Assembly: GCF_001194135.2 (NCBI RefSeq)
Contig: NC_068981.1
Coordinates: forward strand, 55,833,153 to 55,897,152
Reading direction: 5' to 3'
Source: Octopus bimaculoides
Lineage: Eukaryota
DNA length: 64,000 bases
Part shown: piece after piece, positions 22,494 through 35,900 of the stretch
How the letters are laid out: every line of letters starts with the position of its first letter
Numbering within the stretch: the first letter of the stretch is position 1
Translations under genes and position numbers: made by a program
Notes under the pieces: generated by a model
The model's input: the letters and a program-made list of their open reading frames with translations, nothing else
Databases searched by the model: none
What the model was told of the DNA's origin: nothing

Positions 22494-22679
22494 CTACCTT
22501 TCATTAACTCCATCAAGGATAAGACTTTCGTCCTCACCTGTACCTCCCAGTTCAAGTGATACTTGAAGGTGTTGAGGGTTTTGTTGTAAAGAAAATTACA
22601 AAATTTTACTAAGTGTATTGATACAGTAAGCAAAGTAATTCCAAATGAAGAATTAATTAAATAATAACGATAGTAAATC
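22494..22679 (-). other. Candidate exon (probably 5' UTR or small ORF)
   Basis: Acceptor (T)10-ag; tandem donors AAG|gtag and TAG|gtaaga (exon ends at 22498 or 22494). Confidence 0.45.
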
Positions 22680-24050
22680 CTAAAAAAAAAAGTGTCAGCA
22701 AAAGAGCATCAAAAATCTTTTCAGACCCTATTATGTGAATATAAGTTATTTCAAAGTCACCAAAACTTATTTGGATAGATTTTATATTAGAATCTTTCTA
22801 TGTTTTATCTTCTACAAAAATTACTTAATGGGTTCAAATGTCAGTAGCCTCATCACAATGTATCTTTAGACTAATGCATATACTCAAAGTTAGACTATAT
22901 ACACTCAGACAGGAAATACTCCTACTTCGTCTAGTAGTACAACAGTGACTAACTGTTAATACTAGTATACTTTACAATGAGTCATACACAGAAGATACAC
23001 AATAATATATTGATCCCGTTGGTGAAAGACGAGAAATTTTAGAAATATTAATACAACTACTACTAATATTATTACTACGACCTAAGCACATACAAGGGGC
23101 TTACACATCAAATTTGCAATTATGATATTGATTTTTAAATAATTAGTTATTAATAATTGGTATTTTAAGATACAGTAGGCTTTAAAAAATTCAGTGGTTG
23201 ATGTTCCGACAATGATTAGGATGATAATGATGATGATGATAGTAACGATGACAGTGATGATGATCGGTGTTTATTAAAAAACATCATAGATGAATTTGAA
23301 GTAGTCGGATCAAACAAAATACGAAATCAATATCCTTTAACCAATTCAATAGAAGAGGAAATTTAATCTCAGGTGATATCTCTAAGCTTATGTGCATATA
23401 TATATAAAAGACAGGAATTTTCACCTTAAATCAGAAAAATTAGGGTTGTTGTTGTGTAGTCCCTGGTCAGCCCTGGCAGAGTAAACCTATGATCAAAGCC
23501 ATTCAGGTCATGACCACCCCGTCCTTCTCTCGGGTATTGCGTATCTAAGAGTACATTATCCAATGTGTGTCTCCCTTGTGATGACGGGAGGCTGTAATTT
23601 CTCGAAGATTTGCCTGTTATTTCTTGCAAGTCAATCAACCAAGTAAAGGTCTCATTTGGTTAGAAAAAAAATCTGGGTATTACGACTAAGCCCAACTTGG
23701 CTTCTCATTGTTATATATACATACATATATAAATATATATATATATATATATANNNNNNNNNNNNNNNNNNNNNNNNNNNNNNNNNNNNNNNNNNNNNNN
23801 NNNNNNNNNNNNNNNNNNNNNNNNNNNNNNNNNNNNNNNNNNNNNNNNNNNNNNNNNNACAGCTATACTATTGTAGCACCTTATGATAATGTCTAAGAAA
23901 GTAATCACCATAAATAAAAAATTAAATTAATAGATAACTGTAAATGAATCAGGATAAAATCAAACAAATTGGAGAAAATTCTCGTCTGTATTAGAAAGCG
24001 GAGATACAGACGGTGTATTTTCGAAAACTCCTACCGTGGCAGCAGCGTAC

Positions 24051-24200
24051 CTGCAGGAAAGTGGTTCCGCCGCAACGTGTCGTCGGCTGCCAAATAGAAA
24101 AAGACCATGTAAACAGTAATATTTCTTTTCTGTCAACTGTGATCTGTAATTGCCAGGGAAAAGTAGAAAGGGTTTGTTGAAAACAGAGCGCCTTTGGTAA
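24051..24200 (-). other. Candidate first exon of a minus-strand transcript (5' end approximate)
   Basis: CpG-rich; donor GCAG|gtacgc; ATG at 24108 reads MVFFYLAADDTLRRNHFPA. Confidence 0.4.
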
Positions 24201-24399
24201 ATTACCAAATGTTAACAAAACTACTAATGTGATATTCGATGACATCAAAGCTATTATATTATAACGGTGTTGTCAGCGGAGATAAAGTGAATACAATCAG
24301 AAACGAATAGTAGTAGTAATAGTGGCGGTATTCAGGATACTGACGCTACTACTGTTGGTTGTTTTTAGAGAGACCAAGTTAGTCCAACTTGTTATATAC

Positions 24400-24745
24400 G
24401 GGAGGCAGTTCAGGTCGTTTACTTCTGTCAACTGGGGCCGGCATTGAAACTCTCACTCTCTCTCTTATTCCTCTTTCTCTCACGCATACATCTGACCCCT
24501 CCTCCTTAAACGTTGAAGTAGTTGGCATTCAACCTGTGTGTATGTACGCGAGAAAGAAAGAACAAGAGAGAGTGTGTATATAACAGAAAGAGGCGAAGGT
24601 AACAACAACACTAACCAAAGTGGGGTCGAAATCAGTTAACATCCATTCCTCTCTGCTTTAGTGGTCGGATTAAGTACTCAGCAGCAGAAACTTAAGTCAA
24701 AAAACTTATGGAGCTCTCATCTGTCTTACATGTCTAATATAGAAG
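24400..24745 (+). other. Candidate first exon of a plus-strand gene (5' end approximate)
   Basis: Strong donor GAAG|gtaagt at 24746 followed by a T-rich intron; ATG at 24730 gives MSNIE+G (phase 1); overlapping uORF 24708-24737. Confidence 0.6.
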
Positions 24746-27700
24746 GTAAGTGACATAATATTGCTGTCTTCAAGTTCATCTATTTTTTTTTTTATGTATT
24801 TCGTTTTCTGTTCTTACGTTTTACTGCTTTGTTCTGTCAATTAAAATATGACAGGGTAGGGTTTAGAAATTAAAAGGTTCAATCAATCCACAATTTTTTC
24901 AACCTAGGGATTTCTTACTAATTTCCTCAAATAAAGTAAAACTTATATTCGTATTTCTGTATCAGCATTAAATGTGGTCTTTATATTTTTCTTTCACTCT
25001 CTTATGTAAGTAAAAGAATTTGAGGGTTGGGGCAACGGAGGGGGGAAAACTGCCACTAAACAAAACCTTCCAACACTGAAGCGATAACAAATTCCTAAGA
25101 TCCGTGTTTTATCAATTATTGCTTGTTTGATTGATTCTGTGAACGATTGATTGATTTTTCTATTTCTCTATTCTTTCCTGATGGTTGGGCGTGATACATA
25201 ACTTTTTTCTGATCTTCAATACAGATGTCTTATTTTAAAAGCTCTACTATTGTGCTAAATAAATTAACATAGTGAAATAAGGTGGTTTAATACCTTGAAA
25301 TAAGATGGAAACTTTTTCTTTAAACTTCCATTCAATAGCCTTCCTACAATATCTACTGGTTAACATTACTAACGATTTTGCTTCTTGTTCGTATTTTTTC
25401 CATTCAAATTATTCAACTAAATTATTTTAGTTGTCGATCTCGGCGTGATTAGCAACAGATTACATTGTTGTCTCTTCCACGTCCCTCTCCTGCCCTCACA
25501 TTCTCAGCCCTTCCTGTAGTAAGGGAGCAGTTGCAGGGCCCAGACTCCTGCTGATGTCGGCTCCACATCTGTTGGAATTATTCACAAAACCTCTAGATTA
25601 GAACACAAAAGAAAAAGATTAGAACCGCCTCGAATTTAACCCACTACATACAGATACACACGCAATGAAAAATTACCCTGATTTTTCCTTTCACAAGACA
25701 ATGTGATGTCATATTTTTTTTTTTATTAAAGAACGAAATAATGATGATGATGATTATAATAATAATAATAATAATTAAAGAGATTAGTAATGAAGGGGTG
25801 TAGGGTTACGCCAGTAATAGGTCTATAATGGAATCTACGCAAATATTCGGCACCTCGTGTACCATTTACATAATTTCATTTTTTCTTAGCTGGCACCACT
25901 ATACTCGTTAATGTATAATAATAGTAACAATGATACTGATAAACATTTTAATTCATAACCATTTCTCCTGTTTAAATTAAGTGTTTTCATGGACTTTTTC
26001 TCTCCCCCATCTCTCTCTCCATCCTTTTGAAAGTCTTCTGGCGTCAAATGTGAGAGATGACTCAACTGGCAGATCCCCCTACCCCACTTTCATGAAGCAC
26101 TTGGTTGCCAACCAGCTGTATGTATGTGTCGTCGTTCCTCATTTACCACCTTTCTCTTCCTCTTGCACTTGTATTCCAGTTACATGGATATCAATGTTCC
26201 TACATCATCCCACCTTTGTGTGTGTGTGTGTATGTGTAATGTATACTGTATGTACGTAATATATGTTCTATGTCTGTTTGCATTTGTTTAAACCCGTCAA
26301 TGTGACGAATTTACTGTGCTTTATAGTCTACTTTTTTTTGGAGATAGCTGCTTATATTCTTTCAACATACAAGAAACTTCGTTTCGTTGCACATAAAATA
26401 TGGAACAAATATTATTTGTACTAAGTATGATATCGTTTTAAAACTCTCTCTCTTTCACACACAAAGAAAATAAAAGTTATACGAAGCTACTTTGTTTCTG
26501 TTTTCCTGTAGAATGCAGATTAAGAAGGGTTTGACAAAAATCCTTTCTCTTAAACTAATGTGAAGTTTAATGTTTAAAGTTTTGTTACTCAAAATATTGC
26601 GTGTCAAAATATTCTGCCGTCTAATTAAATNNNNNNNNNNGGTTGCCAACCAGCTGTATGTATGTGTCGTCGTTCCTCATTTACCACCTTTCTCTTCCTC
26701 TTGCACTTGTATTCCAGTTACATGGATATCAATGTTCCTACATCATCCCACCTTTGTGTGTGTGTGTGTATAAGGGAAAAAAGTCCACGATCCCTTGTAT
26801 TCTTATCATTGACTCTGATGTGTTAGTCGTTTTCAAACCTGCAGAAATAATAATATAATAATAATATGTAAAGCAATATTGTAAAATAATTGCGTAATAT
26901 TTTAATAGCAGCAGCTTTAGCATCGGTATGCTGCTTTGTGATTTCAGATTTTACGAAGATATAAGACGCTATAAAATATTTATTATAGATATGTCTATAT
27001 ATGTCAGACACATGAACATCGTAATGATGATGATGATAGTAATGGTTTTGAGATGTTTAACTTCCCGTGATATGGCCTCTGTATTCCACTGATGACTCTT
27101 GAGTGAGCTAGTACCCCACTTCTTATACCATTAGTTCAGTTTCTGTAATCACGCACATACACACACACGTTTTTAATTTAATTCTTCAGATATTTTAAAT
27201 CTCGGCCACAAACCTATTTTCCCTCTAATTTTGATTCTCATTTCTAGTGGGCACCATAAAGAAATGGAAATATAGCTAAAAGAGATAATTTAATTTTAGT
27301 AGGTAATCATTTTCGGGGTTTTGTAGACATCGAAAGCCTGCATCCCCTCTAATGTTTACGCCTTATCTACTGTAATAAAAAATGTTTTTATCGCTCGTTA
27401 TCATTATTTCTGATTCAGCAGGCTATCGGGCACGTTACTTGCTTACTCCTTTCTAAGTATTTTCAAGTGGTGGTACAGTTGGGCTAAGTCTATACCCCAG
27501 CTGTTTAATCACACGTTTGGGTTCAAGTTACTTTGTATGATTTCTTTCACTTTTAATTTGACTGTTAGGGAGTAAGAAAGTTTTAAACATTTCGTTCCCC
27601 ACTCATAACTTGAATTCAGATTGAAGGGAGTTTTGTTACTTGTTATTTGAATTTTGTTTTACACAAACATGACACAACCTCGTTTACTTCTTCAAACTTG

Positions 27701-28339
27701 TAGTATTGTAAGAAAACGTCACGAAGTAAAAGATTAGCGAGACAAGTTCTGGGGATTTAACTACCAGTTGAATCACACTGCTAATGTTCTTGAGAAAGTA
27801 TGAACATCAGTTATTTTCTCTCTCCTGAAGTTAATAAGCATGTCAACCTTCACAAAATATCAGATTTTGTGCTTACATTTGAAATAGATGGATAGAAACG
27901 AGAATTTATTGATTGCTAGAATGTTGAATTTCAGTAGAAAATAACCTGCCCTGAAATATTAAACAGAAGTGGTATATATATTGCACAAACTTAGTCTGGA
28001 GTAACTAATATTCTGCTTTTTGTGGAAGGACCAAATTTCTTGCATTAGAAAGTATGTGAACTGTCAGTACCTGTGGTATAGGAAATTTTTAAGATACTTT
28101 GACTACTGGTATGCAAGCATGTACTGATGCTGAAATATATTCTTCAGCAATGCGAAGGCATGATTATATTTTGTGAAGTATGTTTCCATCACTTCACTTA
28201 CTATGCAATATTGATTCAAGAATAGACCAAGGATGGGCATCTGTAATGCTGTTAGGTACCCACAGTTCTCCACCTAGGTTGTATGGTCAGTGAATCATTC
28301 ACTCTTGCATGACTAAAGTTAGTGTGAGTGATTAAAAAA

Positions 28340-28780
28340 AATATTGTTTAGTCATCAGGAAGGGGCTGTGCTCATGTCTTGAGTCTCTAGTACTGATGGA
28401 ATTCTTCAATGTCTGTATGCCAATTTTTGCAAAAATATGGGCCGGAGGAGATTCCAGTAGGTCGATGTTCTGGAGAGGAAGAATTGATAAGTGGTTGGTA
28501 TGTGACCTAATGGGTGACATATACTAGGTGTGACAAGAGAAGGAGAGATGGTTTGAACTGGGAAGTGGTGGTATGCAATTAGTTCAGGAAAGCAAATTCT
28601 CAGGGCGTTTATGATGGAGCAGTCTAAAGTTAATGAACAATTTTCAAAAATATTTGACTTGGTTAGTCTCATAAAGAGACATTGTCAGTCTGGAATAAGG
28701 TGTACAAGGTGAGCATATGTAAGTTGTGAAACTGGCCTCTACACACTTCTGTCATATAAAGAACAAATTACTATACACTG
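28340..28780 (-). mobile_element. Jockey/CR1-like LINE 3' fragment
   Basis: TTYQFFLSRTSTYWNLL / PAHIFAKIGIQTLKNSIS match the typical FFPRTS.LWN.LP.HIFP..I..FK terminus. Confidence 0.7.
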
Positions 28781-30880
28781 AGCCTGGTGTTAAGATTATT
28801 CTGCTGATTTCATTTGTTAAAGATACTCAGGCAGTTTTGCTCAGACTACTAATTGTAAAAATAGCAAATATGATGTAGGAGATTGAAAGATCTTACCTTT
28901 TTATTTTCGACTATACCAACTTCATTTAGTTTCTCTCAAAGGTGATGATAGAGAAGGGTCCTGTTCTTTAGGAAATTTATATATGAGAGAATAAGTGTAG
29001 GTTTCAGCCTCTGGTTTCAACTACAGGCTGAAGTGAGAAGATAGTTTATCTGCAGCAGAAATATGTCAGAATTTTGAAATGGCCTGATCTATTCTGAGTG
29101 TCTTTCTGCCAACAGTTTTTTTTTGTCATTCTGGTAGCAATATATATATATATATGTCATGGTATGTTAAAAATATTAAGTCTGCCTCTAAACTTTGATT
29201 TTGAAATTATATGTTAATATATAAGGTATTTTGTTAAATGTTGAAGATCTTTTCTAAGTTTATGAAAAGAAATCATTGAAAATGATGATAATATGAAGCT
29301 ATTATCTTCATTTTTTTTTTTGTCACATATTCACAAATTTGTATGATACTGAATTGACCTCACCACATCCTGGTATTTGTTTTATCAACCTTAGGATTTG
29401 AACTCAGAGTATAGAGAGACAAAGCTAAATATGGCAAATTATGTAGTTTAATACTGCCATCAATGCAGCCCTGCTTTCTTAATAATAATATTCATAATAA
29501 TAAAATAGTAATGATATCTTTTATTGGCAAGAGATCATACATTTCTAAGGTAAGGATGTAGTATTCAACTGGTATGTATTTTATTGACTTCGCCACCTCA
29601 CCAGCTGAATGAAAGAAGTTAGCACAGGCTGAATTTTAACTCAAAATGTAAATGGTGTAACTAAATACTGTAAGGCATTTTGTCTGTTGTACAGGTTTCT
29701 GACATCAGCCACTCCTTACTCTCATAATGTGATGTATGTTTTTCTCTCCAGAAGTCAGACGAATATTCAACAAGTAAAGATAAAAAGAAAAAAAAAAAAT
29801 CATTTACATAATTTTTACCGTAATTTTATTTCCTGTTTTGTAATAATAATATTGATTTCTAGCATAGGCATAAGGCCACAAATACTCTTTGAGGGAGGAA
29901 ACAGTTCACTAAAATTGTTCAGTAGTTTTTGCCTAGCACTCTATATTTACTGCTGTCCACTACTCTTTTTTTCTTCTTGTTATTATAAGAATAAACTTTA
30001 AATTAACATTATTCCATATAGCTTAAAAGAATGAAGAATGGGCAGAAATATATATATATATATAATTGAACATTTTTTATATATATATTGTTATGTCAAC
30101 ACCTAACTTATTTATTTTAAACACTTTCCAACACAAATGCTTGGAAGATGGAAGATGCTCGTGTTTGAGTGAGATTAACTTATCACATACTAATTATATG
30201 ATCCAGCCTACCCTTTTCATCAACCGATGAGTAACCTCAGTTTTGCTGGCGTCATTCCTAATTATATAAGCATAGTTTGTTTTAACTATATTCTGTTATT
30301 GACATAGAATTAGAAACTCTTCAGCTATATTGAGATCCTTTTTGTGTCATTTGCAAATTTTATTTATTATTATAATTATTTTTATCATAGTTAAAGTCTT
30401 GGAATTTTGTAAATCTCATACTTATCTTTTAAATTAATTCATGAGTAATGTTCTTTGTCAAAATATGGAATATCTAATCACTGTTTGACATAAAAGTTAG
30501 TTATTTTACTAATCTCTCTCAAAACTCTCGATTATTTTCAAACTTAACTGAAATACATAGGCAGCTGATTTCAATAAAATAGTCACAAAATGGTTAAACT
30601 CTGTTTTAAAGCTTTATAATCAGAGATTTTATGCTAACATGTGATATATTGGCATGATATTTTTATGTTAATATTGAGTAAAGATTACCAAAGTAGCAAA
30701 TACTCTCGTGTGTCTCTCTACTACTTCAATGTGTTCTTTTTAAGCTCCTATTTTCTTAGTTGATCTGTCTTCCTCAGATCTTATCCTTTACCATATTTTC
30801 TGAAAGACCTAATTTTGTAAGTCCTCATCTAATTATCTCATTCCAAGTTTTTATTCTAGAATAACTGAATAATCTATGAA

Positions 30881-30914
<34 letters not shown>

Positions 30915-31627
30915 CTAATGTCATGTTGATATATTCAATGGTACTCCTGTGATTCAAACATATTTTCCCAAATTAGTTTTGTTTTTATCAATCACCATCT
31001 AGCTCCAAACATACTGATATCAACAGACATACCTTTGTCACCACCTTTCAGATCAATCAACTGTTGCAACTACAGCCTATTTATCTACCAAGATGTACTA
31101 ACATGCCTACATTATCACTTTTCAAACTAATTCACAAGTGCACCTTCTTCATAAACACCTGTGCCTACATCATCACCTTTTGGAGTAAAAAAACTACTCG
31201 GACCAATGCTATACTAATGAGTATTATTGTAAAGAAGGGGTATTATGGAGGAACTGATTAACTGGTTGTGATCACTGGACATCCAACCCAGCCCAGAATG
31301 GCAGGACCAGGTGAAACAGCTCAGAGATATAATACCTGGTTATAGTATACTAGACAATACAAAGCAGGTTCCAGTAGAGTGTTTCTGGCAGTTCTTATGG
31401 CAGTGATAGTTGCAACAGATTGGCTACGAAATTATTATTTCACATACAGCTTTTAATGGCAACTCAAATACTGACATGCAAAAAAAGTGACCAATTCAAT
31501 AACTATCCATCAAGTAGCAGGGCCGTGACCAGGCCCATGCAAGAACTACTGTGAACTCACTCAGCCACCTTTCACCACCAGTTCAGATACTTGGTTTTTA
31601 TATAACCATTTTCTTTACACTGTGCAG

Positions 31628-31630
<3 letters not shown>

Positions 31631-31706
<76 letters not shown>
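31631..31706. repeat. (CT)n microsatellite before a gap
   Basis: Direct observation. Confidence 0.95.
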
Positions 31707-32012
31707 NNNNNNNNNNNNNNNNNNNNNNNNNNNNNNNNNNNNNNNNNNNNNNNNNNNNNNNNNNNNNNNNNNNNNNNNNNNNNNNNNNNNNNNNNNNNNN
31801 NNNNNNNNNNNNNNNNNNNNNNNNNNNNNNNNNNNNNNNNNNNNNNNNNNNNNNNNNNNNNNNNAACAGTGTGGTTAGTAAGTTTATTTATAACCATCTG
31901 GTTTCAATTTCAGTTCCATTGCACAGTATTTTGGGCAAGTAACTTCTTATTGTCCTGGATTGACCAGTGCATTCTGAGTGGATTTAGTTAATGAAACTGT
32001 ATTAAGTCTATC

Positions 32013-32051
<39 letters not shown>

Positions 32052-32129
32052 ATATATAGTGTATGTGCATTCATTTGTGTCTATGTATGTGTGTATATAT
32101 ATACATGTATGTGTGTATGTGAATGGGAT

Positions 32130-32745
32130 GGTGCTGATGTTGACATTCTTTATTGACATGATGACCATTCACTCTACTGCGAAGACCTGTGAAGTATAAA
32201 AATCCCTTACCTGAAAAAAAAATGAGGATTGGTAACAGGAAAAGCATCCAAAAGTAAAATTTTACCTCAAAATCAATTCCCAGCCAAGCCATTGCCCCAA
32301 AATTGTTAATTTGGAAAAACCAAAATGTAGGAAAATAGACAAATCAATGGTATATCATTCATTTAATGTTCAATTTTCCATGTTTTCATGAGTCAGACAG
32401 AATTTGTTGAGGCAGATTTCTTACACCCGGATGCCCTTCCATTTGCCAGCTCTCATCAGTTTCCAAATAAGGTAATATTTTCCCATAGTTATGCACATTT
32501 TTCTTTGGAGACTAGAAATGAACAACTTTGCTTGTGTGACATTGATGCTCATTTACCAGCATCACATGATGTCCAAACATGGACACACACACACCTATAT
32601 TTGATGGGCTTCTTTTAGCTTCCATCTATCAAACCCACTCTTAAGACTTTAGTTGGTTTGAGACTTTAGTAGAAAACACTTGCTCAAGGTGTTGTGCAGT
32701 GGAATTGAACCTAGAACCACTTGGTTGGGAAGCAAACTTCTTAAC
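32130..32745. mobile_element. Cluster of decayed SINE fragments in mixed orientation
   Basis: ggattggtaacaggaaaagcatcc; gatgcccttccatttgccag; and a tRNA head at 32640-32745 resembling 11400-11520. Confidence 0.65.
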
Positions 32746-32812
32746 TAATCTTGGAAAATGGAGTAGAATAAACTCTTTGACATGTATTGTACTTTGTATC
32801 TCATTTGTAAAT

Positions 32813-32860
<48 letters not shown>

Positions 32861-33186
32861 ATATATCTATGTAGGAGAGTGGGTCAGAAAGTAATGTAAT
32901 TTTTATTTGCATGACTTTCTGACTAAACCTTGTTTATCATAACTTTGTGCATGTATGTAAGGTAGCAAGGTGGATACTTGAAGATATCTACCTATATCTC
33001 TTGCTAGTGTTTTGTGGTGTTTATGGGAAGAATGGTTAATCTCTATATCTCTGTTTACTGAGGTAGCAACCCTCTGGGAATAATACTGGAGACAAACTGT
33101 GTCCTGTCTTTCAATAGGGTTGTCTCTTCTGTATTTAAAGATAGTCCAGAATTAAGCTGAGGCTCTATAAGTTGTGGTTTGTAGTA

Positions 33187-33224
<38 letters not shown>

Positions 33225-34404
33225 TGTGCGTGCACACACACACACACAAACATTTGTGTGCATGGTGATGTAAGATCACATAGGGTTGCAATCGTGCAAT
33301 CCACAGAATGTTTTCAAATTCACTGTAAGTCTCTCTAAGTAGGACACCTTATTCTCTATGACTCAGTTAATCTCTATGTCTCAGTTAATCTCTATGTCTG
33401 GAATTAATAATAACATTTCTGGGCAAAAGTTAGTAAGGTTTGTGTAAAATCACACAATGGACTTGTCCCAGGATATTTGGTAACCCTTTCTTACAACTAT
33501 GTTTCCCATTAATTCTCCTCTTTAGTCACATGTGTCCTAATTTATTGAGCACTCTCTATACTTGCATTTACTCTATCTCCTCTCTTATACATGTTTCTGT
33601 CATTGTTCTCTCTCCAAATTTACATTTATTGTGTATAGCCCCACCCCCTCCATTACTAGTTATACTGCAAATGGTTGGCTAAACGAGCAGAGAAAATGTT
33701 GAGTTATGAGGTCCCTTTAGTTCTGACTTACCAAGGATTATTGAACTACTTAGTGTTGGTGACGTGAGAAATTCCACCAAGTACATTCTGCAATGTAGTT
33801 GACATGAGGAAGGGCATCCAGCCATAGAAACCAAGCCAAATGATATGTATAAGGAAGTTGTCTTTAAGAGTAGTAGCTCTCACTGGAGGAAGCTTTGACA
33901 TTGGGACCGATTCAACCTATGCCAGCATCAAAAATGGACATAAAAAAATGAAAATATGTGGATATGATGATCAAATGGCTGAAATACTGGATTGATGTAT
34001 AATGGCTTTTATGCCTTGTCAAAAAGCCTCTAATGTTAGATTGGTCTTGTGCAAGAATGTTAAAATAAATCCTTTGGTTTTATCTCAGCTTGGGTCCCTA
34101 CCATGTCATAGACTCTGTTCATTGAGAGATTAGTTTCTATTGTATCTCACCTTACTGTGTCTCACCTTCCATACAAACTGGTTCTCCTGCAGCACTTTTA
34201 AATTCTTTTCCCACTTAGGTTTATTTTCTATGGATACTGACAGATACTCAGATGAACATTAACTGCATCATTCTCACCAGTCTATGAAGACCTGCAAAGG
34301 TCATGATCACTGTCTCTCCTTTACTTCATACTACAGTAACAGAGCAGGAACTAGTGATCTTTCAGTAAACAGTTGCATCATGAAGCATTTAATTTAACTC
34401 TCCT

Positions 34405-34560
34405 AAAGGCAGCAAGGTGGCAGAGTTGTTGGAGTACCAGATAGAATACCTTGTAATAATGCTTCTGACTCCTTGCGCTCTTAGTTCAAATCCTGCTGTA
34501 GTCAACTTTGCTTCTCATCCTTTTGGGGTTGGTTCAGTCCCAGTCCAGTATTGGGGTTGA
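34405..34560 (+). mobile_element. Degenerate tRNA-derived SINE
   Basis: aaggcagcaaggtggcagagttgtt..agttcaaatcc..tcaactttgcttctcatcctttt. Confidence 0.75.
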
Positions 34561-34709
34561 TTCTTTTTTTTCTTTCTTTCTGGAAGGAATCTACTGTGTT
34601 TAAACAAGGAGAGGGATAGACTTTCCCAGGTTTAAAATGCCCAAGACATACTGTATATAATGATGGATCCCTATGACTCCATCAAGAGTTGAGGACCCAA
34701 GGAAGATAT

Positions 34710-34977
34710 ATATCATCATCATCATCGTTTTCCATGCTAGCCTGGATTGGACGATTTGACTGAAGACTGGTGAACCAGATGGCTGCACCAGGCTCCAATT
34801 TGATCTGGCAGAGTTTCTACAGCTGGATGCCTTTCCTAACGGCAACCACTCCGAGAGTGTAGTGGGTGCTTTTACGTGCCACCAGCACGAAGGCCAGTCA
34901 GGTGGTACTGGCAATGGCCACGCTCAAATGTTGTTTTTTACATGCCACCTGCACAGGAGCCAGTCCAGCGGCACTGG

Positions 34978-34980
<3 letters not shown>
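34710..34980 (-). mobile_element. SINE 3' portion
   Basis: Reverse-orientation match to 17300-17595. Confidence 0.9.
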
Positions 34981-35026
<46 letters not shown>

Positions 35027-35509
35027 GATATGGTTGCACTGTTTTTTTTATGCTATATTTTTGTGGAATAAACCTATAGATTAAAACCATCATTGCATGC
35101 ATGTATAAATTAACTAAAGTGCTAGACAGTTGTAAATGACTTCTATTTTAATTTTATTCAATTTCACCAGGATAGGAAAAGGGGGTCTCACCAGGATAGG
35201 AATAGAGGGATCAACTGCATTAGTTTCAATCTTTATGAAGGCATATGTAATATTCTGAGTTCAAATTCCACCTGCCTGCAGAAGGCAATGGGAATCCACT
35301 CCAGTATTCATTCCAGATCTAGTCACAGTAGCCGAAGTTCCAGCAATCTATTTACTGGTGGCAGGGGAGGGTACAGGCTCTCTCAGGTTATATAGAGAGT
35401 GTTGGGGAAGGTTCACATGTACAGGACTGGCTCAAAGGCAGACAACTACTAGATTAGGAAATATTGGCTGAAATCCATAGGTTTATATTGTAATAATTAT
35501 AGTGTGCAT

Positions 35510-35511
<2 letters not shown>

Positions 35512-35569
<58 letters not shown>
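35512..35569. repeat. (CA)n microsatellite
   Basis: Direct observation. Confidence 0.95.
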
Positions 35570-35571
<2 letters not shown>

Positions 35572-35729
35572 ATGCATTCATGTACATGCATGCACTCACA
35601 TACACACAGAGACTGAAACACTCATATCAAGGAAGACTGTGCTGGGATGGCTTCCTGGTGCCTTCTCCAGACCTGCTGGAGGAGTTGAACTCAGAATTTG
35701 TGAATTATACTATGCTACCACTACTCAGG

Positions 35730-35900
35730 TGGAAGTGTATGGCTTAGTGGTTAGGGTGCTGCTATCATAATTGTGAGATTGTGCTTTTGATTCCTGGACA
35801 GGGCGATGATTTGTGTTCTTGAGCAAAACACATTAATTCACATTATTCCATTTCACTCAGCTTGCAAAAATGAGTAATCCTATGACAATGGTATCCTGTG
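35730..35900 (+). mobile_element. tRNA-derived SINE head (third family)
   Basis: tggcttagtggttagggtg (A box)..gattcctgg (B-box-like)..ttgagcaaaacac..cactcagcttgcaaaaatgagt. Confidence 0.7.

Larger units (their letters stand above)
23000..27800. promoter_or_regulatory. CpG-retaining region; putative bidirectional promoter (core ~23980-24750)
   Basis: About 28 CpGs by eye in 23981-24700 versus sparse CpG elsewhere; few TEs; diverging splice donors at 24050 (-) and 24746 (+). Confidence 0.6.

Noticed and set aside
26103-26768. Identical ~126-bp duplication (26103-26228 and 26641-26766)
   Set aside because: The second copy starts exactly at a 10-N contig join and both end in a (GT)n tract, so it is most likely an assembly overlap artefact
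27085-27118. ctgatga-ctcttgag-tgagctagta motif
   Set aside because: Lacks GAAA and has no stem I pairing
33353-33399. Short tandem duplications (18-bp here; 24-bp at about 35164-35212; 30-bp at about 41581-41634)
   Set aside because: Two to three adjacent copies without unique spacers; slippage products, not CRISPR-like arrays
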